Below are positions 6,250 to 13,424 of a stretch of 20,503 nt of DNA, one piece after another. The translations under genes and the position numbers were made by a program. Source of the stretch: Candidatus Aenigmatarchaeota archaeon (GTDB lineage Archaea > Aenigmatarchaeota > Aenigmatarchaeia > Aenigmatarchaeales > JACQIB01); contig JAZDNN010000015.1 in assembly GCA_043799675.1 (NCBI GenBank), forward strand, positions 1-20,503. Reading direction: 5' to 3'. Each line of letters starts with the position of its first letter. The stretch's first letter is position 1. The notes under the pieces were generated by a model. The model saw only the letters and a list, made by a program, of their open reading frames with translations. It ran no database searches and had not been told where the DNA came from.

Positions 6250-7016
6250 AGTTTACCGACTTCCTTCCCGAAGTCCTTGGCCTTGTCCCTGAGGATTTCC
6301 ACGCTCTTTGCAAGGATTTCCTCGGCCTTCAGGCCCGAGATGCTTTCAATCGTGAATATTATCTTTGAAGCGCTGTTGGCTATTCTCGCCCCGTGGCCGA
6401 CTTCGCCCTTTACCTTGCACTTCCCGTCCTGGTATGCCTTCACGGGAAGGATGCCGCTCCCTTCCATCATCAATGCATGCTCCATGCAGGGTTCCACAAG
6501 GACCTTCCCTTCCTTGTCAACGATTGTCGGCCAGCCCATGTACCACGCCTTTGCCGCCTGCCACTTGGCATGCTCATCACCGGTCCCGAGCCTGGCAGTC
6601 ATTTCCACCTTGAATTTCTCGTCCTTGGCGAGCTCTATCAACGGGATGTCCTCCAGCAAAGGTTTCGCCACTTCCGCGTCCGCGCTCTTCATGTCCTTGC
6701 TGTACACCGTGCACGGTCCCTTCTTGTCTATTACAAACACTATCTGGCAGTTCGAGCATCCCTTCCCTTCGCAGTCGCATTCCCCCTTCTTCGAGAAGTT
6801 CTTGGCGTCGAACCAGAGCGGGACCAGACCCAGCCTGTGAGCGACCACCTCATCATACATTGCGCTGTCGTTGGAATAGAAATCAACGCTCTCGACCGCA
6901 AGCACGGGGACCTCGGTCATCGCTATCCTTCTGAGGGCATTCGCAAACTGCGGACTTGTCTCGTCCATGATAACCTTGAACCTGTTACCTTTCCGTTCAA
7001 CCACATCTATGTGCAT
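6246..7016 (-). CDS. rpoD: RNA polymerase subunit Rpo3 (D)
   Basis: FANALRRIAMTEVPVLAVE, NDSAMYDEVVAHRLGLVPL, CDCEGKGCSNC, ARLGTGDEHAKWQ, IFTIESISGL. Confidence 0.96.
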   Translation of the reverse strand: MHIDVVERKGNRFKVIMDETSPQFANALRRIAMTEVPVLAVESVDFYSNDSAMYDEVVAHRLGLVPLWFDAKNFSKKGECDCEGKGCSNCQIVFVIDKKGPCTVYSKDMKSADAEVAKPLLEDIPLIELAKDEKFKVEMTARLGTGDEHAKWQAAKAWYMGWPTIVDKEGKVLVEPCMEHALMMEGSGILPVKAYQDGKCKVKGEVGHGARIANSASKIIFTIESISGLKAEEILAKSVEILRDKAKDFGKEVGKL

Positions 7017-7039
7017 CGCTTAAGCCTCCTATCCGATTG

Positions 7040-7047
7040 TTTATAAA
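7040..7047 (-). promoter_or_regulatory. Internal TATA box upstream of rpoD
   Basis: TTTATAAA 23 nt before the rpoD ATG. A GGAGG ribosome-binding site is also present at 7029-7025. Confidence 0.6.
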
Positions 7048-7048
7048 C

Positions 7049-7123
7049 ATTATATTTCCCCGTTCCACGGGTCTGACGGGCAATCCGTATATTGCTCCGT
7101 CCTCAAGGGTGTGACGAGCAAAA
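7049..7123 (+). repeat. Dispersed repeat, tandem copies 4a (7049-7084) and 4b (7088-7123)
   Basis: attatatttccccg-ttccacgggtct-gacgggcaat and tatattgctccg-tcctcaagggtgt-gacgagcaaaa, between the S11 stop and the rpoD promoter. Confidence 0.8.
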
Positions 7124-7140
7124 GGTTTCCGGAAAACCTT
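7120..7140 (-). terminator. Hairpin with U-tract directly after rps11
   Basis: Minus strand AAGGTTTTCCGGAAACCTTTT. Confidence 0.4.
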
Positions 7141-7537
7141 AAACGCGCCTGCCCCTTCTCCCGCCTTTTTTTCTGCATGTGTCGTGAGGGACAGGGGTAA
7201 CATCTTCTATGGTCCCTATTCGCATGCCCGCCCTTGCCAGCGCCCTTATCGCCGGCTGTGCCCCCGCTCCGGGCTGCCTGCTCTTGATCCCGCCCGGTGC
7301 CCTGACCCTGATGTGAATGCCGTTGATTCCCTTGGCAAGCGAGGTCTCGGCGGCCTTGAACGCCGCCTGCATCGCCGGGAACGCGCTGCCCCCTTCCCTG
7401 TCCTTGTCGGTCATCTGACCGGCTGTTACTCTCGCTATGGTCTCTCCGCCCGTCATGTCCGTGATGTGTATGATGGTATTGTTGCCCGAGCTGAAGATGT
7501 GCGCTATGCCCCATCTGACCTGTCTCGGTTCAGGCAC
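7139..7537 (-). CDS. rps11: 30S ribosomal protein S11 (uS11)
   Basis: [57 protein letters not shown]. Confidence 0.97.
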   Translation of the reverse strand: MPEPRQVRWGIAHIFSSGNNTIIHITDMTGGETIARVTAGQMTDKDREGGSAFPAMQAAFKAAETSLAKGINGIHIRVRAPGGIKSRQPGAGAQPAIRALARAGMRIGTIEDVTPVPHDTCRKKGGRRGRRV

Positions 7538-8086
7538 TTAGACGCCCTCCTTCTTCGGCTGCTCGACCGGTGCCGGCTGGGCGGGCTTTTCCTTGTGCCC
7601 GGCCGCCCACTCCTTTGCCGCCTTGAACTTGCTCTTTGGGGCGTAGGCGAGCTTTGAATCCTCGACCGTTGGCATCAGTGTTGACGGCCACTTCACCTTC
7701 TTCCCGTCGACGGCTATGTGACCGTGAATTATGAGCTGTCTCGCCTGCTTCGCTGAGGTCGCGAAACCCTTCCTCAGGATTACGGTCTGCAGCCTCCTCT
7801 CCATCAGGTTCTCCACCTTGAGCTTGAGAACGTCCTCCAGTCCGGCCCCCTCGCGGAGAAGCCCGAGCTTGACCAGCCTGTCCAGCAGGATTTTCTCCTT
7901 CTCCGGATCTCTCTTGCCACGCAGGTCCCGCGCCCTTGTCCTCCATTCGGACAGCATCCCTTCCGCCCGCCAGATTTCCTTCTTCCTTCTGAGCCCGTAA
8001 TTGAGCAGCAGCACCTTTTCCTTCTCCAGCCTCTCGCGATTCCAAGGCTTGAGCGGGGTTGAGAATTTTGCGACCTGTTTCTTCAT
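7538..8086 (-). CDS. rps4: 30S ribosomal protein S4 (uS4)
   Basis: [47 protein letters not shown]. Confidence 0.96.
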   Translation of the reverse strand: MKKQVAKFSTPLKPWNRERLEKEKVLLLNYGLRRKKEIWRAEGMLSEWRTRARDLRGKRDPEKEKILLDRLVKLGLLREGAGLEDVLKLKVENLMERRLQTVILRKGFATSAKQARQLIIHGHIAVDGKKVKWPSTLMPTVEDSKLAYAPKSKFKAAKEWAAGHKEKPAQPAPVEQPKKEGV

Positions 8087-8097
8087 CTATAGCACCT

Positions 8098-8790
8098 TTA
8101 TTTCTTTTCCTCTTTCTTCGCCGGAACTGCAGCGACCTTTCCTGCCGGAGCTGCTCCCTTCACCGGCGCTGCTGCGGCTCCGGGTTTGGCCGCCCCCGCC
8201 GCAGGCGCTCCTGCCGCCGGTGCCGCTCCCGCGGCCGGCTTGGCTCCCTTGGACGCCTCAATTAATTTTGACCTTGTGACTCCGGCAGTCATTCCCGTCC
8301 TGAAGCTGCTCCTCGTGCGCTGCCCCCTCACCGGAAGGCCGAGCTCGTGCCTCACTCCCTTGTATGAATGTATTTTCTTCATGCCGTCTATGTCGAACCT
8401 GTGCGTCATCATGAGCGTTGAAGAAACGATGTGCCTCGTGCCTCCTTCCGTCGGGTCCGCCCTCCTGTCCAGCATATGGGGCGGCATTCCGACCGACGCC
8501 GGGTTCCGTATGGCGGCCTCAAGCCTGGCGAGCTGCTCGTCGTTGAGGCTTCCGATGACGATGTTGGCGTCCATCCCGACCGCCTTTGGCAGCGCCGCGG
8601 CGAGCGTGTGGCCGACGCCCCTTATCTTGAGCAAAGCGGCCCTCAGTTTCCTGGTCCCGTCAAGGTCGGTTTCCACTATTCGCACTATTCCGCGTATGCC
8701 TGCCGGCACTATCTTCTTCTTTGCCTCCGGCCTCTTTTGCTCCGTCTTGGCCTTCGAGTCCCTGGACTCTTTTTCGTAGACCTTTTGCAC
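8098..8790 (-). CDS. rps13: 30S ribosomal protein S13 (uS13) with Ala/Pro/Gly/Lys-rich tail
   Basis: IVRIVETDLDG, ALLKIRGVG, SYKGVRHELGLPVRGQRTRSSFR. TATA TTTATAAG at 8819-8812. Confidence 0.96.
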   Translation of the reverse strand: MQKVYEKESRDSKAKTEQKRPEAKKKIVPAGIRGIVRIVETDLDGTRKLRAALLKIRGVGHTLAAALPKAVGMDANIVIGSLNDEQLARLEAAIRNPASVGMPPHMLDRRADPTEGGTRHIVSSTLMMTHRFDIDGMKKIHSYKGVRHELGLPVRGQRTRSSFRTGMTAGVTRSKLIEASKGAKPAAGAAPAAGAPAAGAAKPGAAAAPVKGAAPAGKVAAVPAKKEEKK

Positions 8791-8857
8791 GCCCAGCTAT
8801 CGATTACAACCCTTATAAATAATGTATAATTGGGACGCCGGATGCGATAATAAATTC

Positions 8858-8930
8858 ATGTTTCTCCGGCACAGAAATGTGACGGGGAAAACATGATATT
8901 TCTCCGTTCACAAGGATACGACGGGGAAAA
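8858..8930 (+). repeat. Dispersed repeat, tandem copies 5a (8858-8891) and 5b (8893-8930)
   Basis: atgtttctccg-gcacagaaatgt-gacggggaaaa and atgatatttctccg-ttcacaaggatac-gacggggaaaa. Ends 2 nt from the stop at 8933. Confidence 0.85.
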
Positions 8931-8932
8931 CG

Positions 8933-9574
8933 CTATTTCTGATTCACTTTCTCCGAGACGGCGCCGGCAAACATGGGCGCGTAAAGGTGGGCGGCGCTGA
9001 TTGTGGACCTGCTTTCGACCTTCCACACGAGGTTACCGTTCCTGCAGATGACATATGCCCAGTCCCCCTGGACCGGGAACGGTTTCAGTATTCCGCTGCA
9101 GCCTTCAATATTCTTTACGGACAGTTCGGTGTAGTTTCCGGTGGCCGCCTTGTCCCACAGGCTCTGGCGGAACGATTCCGCATTCTTGGTGTCATTGAAT
9201 AGCCAGGCATAAGAAAATACGGTGCTGACTTCCCCGCTGTTCTCGTTTTTCTGGCTTAACGTGACATAACCGCTTATGAATCCGGTAGCATCCTCGGTCT
9301 GGTTCATCTTCTGGGCTATGAACCATCCGGTCGGCAGGTCCTCCCCGCTCAGCACGAATGCCGCGGTAGGCCCGCTGTAATTCGGTCCTGTCAGCTTCTC
9401 ACCGAAAGCGAACATGCCTCCGCCCACCGCCGCTATGACAATGATGGCAGCCAGCGCCATTTTCCATCCCTTCTTCCTTTCGGGGACCGGTCCGCTCGGC
9501 ATTTCCGGCGGCCCCTGCGGGACTCCCGGAGGCATCTCAGGGATGTCGGGCTGCATCGGCGCTTCTTCTGGCAT
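8933..9574 (-). CDS. Single-pass membrane protein with Pro-rich N-terminus and extracellular domain
   Basis: MPEEAPMQPDIPEMPPGVPQGPPEMP..., RKK followed by TM ALAAIIVIAAVGGGMFAF, then LSGEDLPTGW and N-x-S/T sequons. Start set to ATG 9574 because the longer ORF overlaps tRNA-Ser. Confidence 0.75.
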   Translation of the reverse strand: MPEEAPMQPDIPEMPPGVPQGPPEMPSGPVPERKKGWKMALAAIIVIAAVGGGMFAFGEKLTGPNYSGPTAAFVLSGEDLPTGWFIAQKMNQTEDATGFISGYVTLSQKNENSGEVSTVFSYAWLFNDTKNAESFRQSLWDKAATGNYTELSVKNIEGCSGILKPFPVQGDWAYVICRNGNLVWKVESRSTISAAHLYAPMFAGAVSEKVNQK

Positions 9575-9632
9575 GCCACAACAGACATGCCAAAGGATAA
9601 AAACGCAGCAGATTCCGTTCGGCCTTTCAAAA

Positions 9633-9808
9633 TGGCGCCGCCGGCAGGACTTTCGCGCAAGCGAAGGTGCGTGAAGCGCCTTCACTGCATTCGAACCTGC
9701 GCGCCTCTTGCGAGGCACCAGATACCCTGGCTTATTTCTCAAGTCTGGCGCGTTGAACCTTTGAAGGAGAATTTGGCTGCCCAAAATCTCAAGCTTCGCT
9801 ACAGCGGC
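9633..9808 (-). tRNA. tRNA-Ser(TGA) with three introns: 9791-9761 (17/17a), 9737-9724 (37/38), 9689-9650 (59/60); CCA encoded
   Basis: Spliced 91-mer GCCGCTGTAGCGAAGCT|AGGTTCAACGCGCCAGACTTGAG|ATCTGGTGCCTCGCAAGAGGCGCGCAGGTTCGAA|TCCTGCCGGCGGCGCCA, with long variable arm and G73. Central helices GAAG/CTTC, CTTG/CAGG, TTCG/CGAA. TATA TTTTAAA at 9836-9830. Confidence 0.92.
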
Positions 9809-9830
9809 AAATAGAATGGACGCCTGTAGT

Positions 9831-10397
9831 TTAAAACTTCTCCGATTTGAGTTCCTTCCTTATTTCATCTATCACGCCAAGGAAATAGCCGGACTTGGGC
9901 GGCACATAGGCCTTGACCCGTTCCTTGTCCCTGATGTCCGCCTCGAACTCGTCCAACGGCATGAACTTCACCTCATCCAGTTCCTCTTTCTGTATTCTGA
10001 TGCCTTTCATGCCGCCGTCGAACCTCAGAAAATACGTATACACATATTCCTTGTTGTGGAAGCCGGGCTTCGGCTCGGTCTCGCTTACCCATCTCTTCCA
10101 GAATTTCAGGTCTTTGGCGGATATCTTTATTCCGAGTTCCTCTTCGACCTCCCTCACGGCCGCATGGTCAGGCGTTTCGCCCGCCGAAACGTGCCCGGCG
10201 GATGAGATGTCCCACAGGCCGGGATGGGATTCCTTGTCAATTGCACGCTTCTGGAGCAGCACTTCTCCCTTCGAATTGAATATCCAGACATGCGCGGAAT
10301 AATGCCACAGCCCTCTGGCATGCGCCTCGCTCTTCATGAGCCTTGCCCCTGTGGGTTTCCCTTCGCTATCCAAGATGTCTATCAATTCGTCGGTCAT
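9831..10397 (-). CDS. NUDIX hydrolase (IDI-like subfamily)
   Basis: AHARGLWHYSAHVWIFN, LLQKRA..K.SHPGLWDISSAGHVSAGE...AAVREVEEELGI (Nudix box). Confidence 0.9.
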   Translation of the reverse strand: MTDELIDILDSEGKPTGARLMKSEAHARGLWHYSAHVWIFNSKGEVLLQKRAIDKESHPGLWDISSAGHVSAGETPDHAAVREVEEELGIKISAKDLKFWKRWVSETEPKPGFHNKEYVYTYFLRFDGGMKGIRIQKEELDEVKFMPLDEFEADIRDKERVKAYVPPKSGYFLGVIDEIRKELKSEKF

Positions 10398-10398
10398 A

Positions 10399-10569
10399 TC
10401 AGAACTTCTCGGCTTCGTCCAGAAGCATGTTCGGTATGCTGCCCTCTATTATCCCGAACCTGAGCTTGTCCCTTCTGCAAATCAGTTTCTCAGCTTTCCT
10501 GTCGTAATCAAGCTCGCCCTTGCACTTCGGGCAGACAAGTATGTCTAACAGTTCCTTTGACACTGGCAT
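10399..10569 (-). CDS. trm112: Trm112-family methyltransferase activator (56 aa)
   Basis: Manual translation: MPVSKELLDILVCPKCKGELDYDRKAEKLICRRDKLRFGIIEGSIPNMLLDEAEKF*. LLDILxCP and IPxML motifs. Below the ORF-track cutoff. Confidence 0.88.
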   Translation of the reverse strand: MPVSKELLDILVCPKCKGELDYDRKAEKLICRRDKLRFGIIEGSIPNMLLDEAEKF

Positions 10570-10617
10570 GCAATCACGACTCAGACTCCATAGGAATTCC
10601 TTTCATATTTAATCTTC

Positions 10618-11211
10618 TTATACCTTTACCAAGTCGTTCAGTTCCGCTTTTGCTTCGGCTGATAATAACGTCCTCCTTCCACCATAATGATCCTTGTTTA
10701 TCTCAAGCACACGCTGCACAACAATCGCCTGCTCTCTTTTCACCACAAGAGAACCTGCGATTTGTGGAAGCAATTTCAGTAGTGGTCTCGACGAGAGTTC
10801 GTACATCCACATAGGCTTGTATTTGCCCTGTCTTTTGTTGAATGAAATGTGCCCAGAGCCTACCACGGATGCAATTTTGTATACAAGTTCTTTATTGGTA
10901 TTTCCTATCATGAGTCGTGGATGGTAGCCGACCGATTTTTCAGTCCGTATCATATGCAATGTCAGCGTACCTTCGCCATCAATGAGTCCGCACAACCAAC
11001 CTTTCTCGAAGTCGGATAGTATTCTGCATACGGTATCAATCTTGGTCAAACCCAAGCCGTATGCCTTTGTATAGATGCCGTGCATGCTGTGTTTCGGGAG
11101 CAGTTTTACGAGTTCTGCGCAATTCCTACTCTTGTGGGTCCGCTTCAATATTTCAACTTCGTCCTGAGTCCATTTTGAAAAGGTCTTCGGTGCTCTCACA
11201 ACTAACAACAT
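10618..11211 (-). CDS. Free-standing single-motif LAGLIDADG endonuclease with N-terminal Myb/HTH-like segment
   Basis: KWTQDEVEILK...LVKLLPKHSMHGIYTKAYGLGL, then EKGWLCGLIDGEG, YHPRLMIGNT, LLPQIAGSLVVKREQA. AT-richer than neighbours. Confidence 0.82.
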   Translation of the reverse strand: MLLVVRAPKTFSKWTQDEVEILKRTHKSRNCAELVKLLPKHSMHGIYTKAYGLGLTKIDTVCRILSDFEKGWLCGLIDGEGTLTLHMIRTEKSVGYHPRLMIGNTNKELVYKIASVVGSGHISFNKRQGKYKPMWMYELSSRPLLKLLPQIAGSLVVKREQAIVVQRVLEINKDHYGGRRTLLSAEAKAELNDLVKV

Positions 11212-11248
11212 CTCGTTAACTACATTTCAGGATTTCGTTTCTCTGGCA

Positions 11249-11404
11249 CTACTTTCCGCCAAGGTTTTTTCCCTTGACCACGCGCCAAAGTTTCTTCGTC
11301 ATCTCTGACGGCGCGATGTCACCGGTCCCGAATACTTCCCCAAGGGTCATGTCTTTCACCTTGGCGAAGTTGATGTGGTATCCGCCGAACGCTTGCTTTG
11401 CCAT
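11249..11404 (-). CDS. Small basic protein with SWIB/MDM2-like motif (51 aa)
   Basis: MAKQAFGGYHINFAKVKDMTLGEVFGTGDIAPSEMTKKLWRVVKGKNLGGK. L..vfG...i...E+.KKLW..+K..nL resembles the SWIB core. TATA TTTAAATA ~20 nt upstream supports the start at 11404. Confidence 0.65.
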   Translation of the reverse strand: MAKQAFGGYHINFAKVKDMTLGEVFGTGDIAPSEMTKKLWRVVKGKNLGGK

Positions 11405-11459
11405 GACACAATTTGTGGGCCCGTATTTAAACATCACATCCCGCCTCAACGGCAAGACG

Positions 11460-12416
11460 TCACCATTTTCTCGGATAAGTCCCCTGGGCAATCAGCACCT
11501 TGTCCGTCTTCACGGCCAAACCCTTGTTCAGCTTCGCCATCTCCATGCTTGATATGAGCGCCGGGCCAAAGGCAATGAACTCGCCTTTGAGTGAAAGCAT
11601 GGCAACAATGTCTCCCTTCTCAATCCCTTCCTGCACCCTGACAATTCCGCCAACGGCCAGCGGGGCGCCGTTCGCAATGGCCCCTATCGCACCGTCCTTG
11701 ACAATGACGGCTTTCATCCCGTCAGTCAGCCTCTCCATCGGCAACAATAGTTGCCTCAGCCTATTGTCATCCTTCCTTTCCTTCCATTCCGCCATCGCAT
11801 CGGCAAGTTCCTGCAGGGTGTGAATCTGCCCCTCATCAAAAATTCCAGAGCGTGTCCTTCTCAGTTCCTGCAGATGCGCCCCGCAACCCAGGTTCTTTCC
11901 CAAGTCGTCCGCAATCCTTCGTATGTAAGTTCCCGCCTCGCAACCCACCCTGATCAACACGTTCCTACCGGCAATCTGCAACACCTCAAGGTTGTAAATC
12001 TCCCTCTCCCTTACCCTGCGCGCAACAGCAGACTTTTTCGGCGGCAGCTGCTTTATTTTCCCGATGAACTCCTGCAACGCATTGCGTATTTTCTGCTCCG
12101 GCACGTCCGCATGCAGGTAAATCAATGCGACATATTCCTTTTTGCAGCTGAGCAATATCGGCATCAACTTGGTGGCATTTTCAAGAGCTATCACCAGCAC
12201 ACCGGAAACGCGGGGGTCGAGTGTCCCTCCGTGCGAGCACTTGCCGACGCCCGTCAGTGCTTTCATCCAGTTGTCCACCTGGTGGCTGGTCGGGCCCTGA
12301 ACCTTGTCCAGCAGGATCAGCCCGTTGTGAAGCAGTTCCTCCGTGCTTCTTGCCCCGGGATATTTGCCGAAGCTTGTCAGTGAGCTCTCATTGCTTCTTA
12401 CAATCCATTTGATCAT
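11460..12416 (-). CDS. cbf5: H/ACA RNA-guided pseudouridine synthase Cbf5 (TruB family with PUA domain)
   Basis: LDKVQGPTSHQV, HGGTLDPRVSGVL (catalytic Asp), QLPPKKSAVARRVREREIY, CEAGTYIR, LQELRRTRSG, C-terminal PUA ending GTYPRKW. Confidence 0.96.
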   Translation of the reverse strand: MIKWIVRSNESSLTSFGKYPGARSTEELLHNGLILLDKVQGPTSHQVDNWMKALTGVGKCSHGGTLDPRVSGVLVIALENATKLMPILLSCKKEYVALIYLHADVPEQKIRNALQEFIGKIKQLPPKKSAVARRVREREIYNLEVLQIAGRNVLIRVGCEAGTYIRRIADDLGKNLGCGAHLQELRRTRSGIFDEGQIHTLQELADAMAEWKERKDDNRLRQLLLPMERLTDGMKAVIVKDGAIGAIANGAPLAVGGIVRVQEGIEKGDIVAMLSLKGEFIAFGPALISSMEMAKLNKGLAVKTDKVLIAQGTYPRKW

Positions 12417-12476
12417 TGAATCACACTGGGCTTGACTGATTATTAATGCGACTATCGCTCCCGCTAACCCGATAAC

Positions 12477-12497
12477 AAAGAAGAAAAAGGGAAATTA
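12477..12497 (-). terminator. U-rich tract after fic
   Basis: Minus strand ...AATTTCCCTTTTTCTTCTTT within ~35 nt of the stop. Confidence 0.4.
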
Positions 12498-12511
12498 AAT
12501 TCTAGGCTATC

Positions 12512-13414
12512 TCAATCCTTCACGCGGCCGGGGAGGTACCTTTTGTACTCCTTGGCATACCTCTTGAAGAACCATTGCACGAAGATGCCGTCAATCTTTT
12601 TCGTTTGCGACCTTTCCAGGGCGGTGTAGTATCCGCTCCTCTTTTCATACGGAATGTTCAGCATGGGATAACCGTGCCTGTTCAGGACGAAATTCATCAT
12701 CAGCCTGGATATGCGCCCGTTGCCGTCCGAAAACGGGTGTATGGTCACGAATTTCAGGTGGACCAGCGCAGCAAGCTCTACAGGATGTACTTTGTCTTTG
12801 TTCCTGTCATACCACCCGAAGAACTCCCTCAGAAGCGGCTGCAGTTCCACGGGAAACGGCGGCACGAACTTGCTACCGGAAATGGCGACCTGATGCTCTC
12901 TTATCCTTCCGGCCATTTCCGGTTCCGAGTTCTCGAACAGTCCTTTGTGCCAGTATAGCACGGCCTGCAGGGACAGTTCCTTTTTGTATGCAAGCATCTC
13001 CCTGAAGACCCGCGCGTGCGCCTCGGCTTCCTTCACATCGCGCACGGGCTTGGTGTGCGGCGTTATGCCCCTTTCCAACAGATTTGCGGTCTCCCGCAGG
13101 GTCAGTTTCGAACCCTCTATACGCTGGCTGTCATAGGTGAACCTTATCGCAAAGGTTTCGGCCGCCTTCTCGGCGGCGGCATCCGGCGTGACCTTCAGCT
13201 CCTTCGAGCATGCGTCCCTTATCCTGTCGAACAGGGAATACCATTTCTCCCTGTACAGTTCGAAAAGGAACTGCCGCTTCATGCCTTCGACATTCTTGGG
13301 CGGCTCCTTGCCGAGGTACTTCTCCCTTTTCCTGATTTTTCCGCCCTCCCTCACGGCATGCTCGATATAATAGTAAGTGCTTCCCCCGACCGTCCTCTTC
13401 CTTATGACGACCAT
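12512..13414 (-). CDS. Fic-family protein with N-terminal putative DNA-binding beta domain
   Basis: Canonical HPFSDGNGRISR motif, FTYDSQRIEGS (inhibitory-motif-like). N-terminal IRKRTVGGSTYYYIEHAVREGGKIRKREKYLG. Confidence 0.92.
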   Translation of the reverse strand: MVVIRKRTVGGSTYYYIEHAVREGGKIRKREKYLGKEPPKNVEGMKRQFLFELYREKWYSLFDRIRDACSKELKVTPDAAAEKAAETFAIRFTYDSQRIEGSKLTLRETANLLERGITPHTKPVRDVKEAEAHARVFREMLAYKKELSLQAVLYWHKGLFENSEPEMAGRIREHQVAISGSKFVPPFPVELQPLLREFFGWYDRNKDKVHPVELAALVHLKFVTIHPFSDGNGRISRLMMNFVLNRHGYPMLNIPYEKRSGYYTALERSQTKKIDGIFVQWFFKRYAKEYKRYLPGRVKD

Positions 13415-13424
13415 GCCATTATCT

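Noticed and set aside
3844..8829. Many plus-strand ORFs opposite the ribosomal genes, and similar ones opposite cbf5, fic and the surface gene
   Set aside because: Antisense shadow frames of GC-rich coding DNA with no recognisable motifs.
8858..8930. Tandem repeats as a mini-CRISPR array
   Set aside because: At most two degenerate units per locus, no unique 30-40 nt spacers and no cas genes in the window.
9650..9692. A fourth, nested intron in the tRNA-Ser T-loop (AGGT/ACCT helix)
   Set aside because: The flanking helices do not form and the product would lose the invariant A58; a single 40-nt intron at 59/60 fits better.
9739..9741. Selenocysteine or opal-suppressor tRNA
   Set aside because: Anticodon TGA reads UCA (Ser); tRNA-Sec would have TCA and a longer acceptor stem.
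9575..9784. N-terminal extension of ORF 8933..9784
   Set aside because: It reads through tRNA-Ser; the plausible start is ATG 9574.
11460..12416. BHB intron in cbf5 as in some Crenarchaeota
   Set aside because: The reading frame is continuous and the N-terminal motifs are intact with no insertion.
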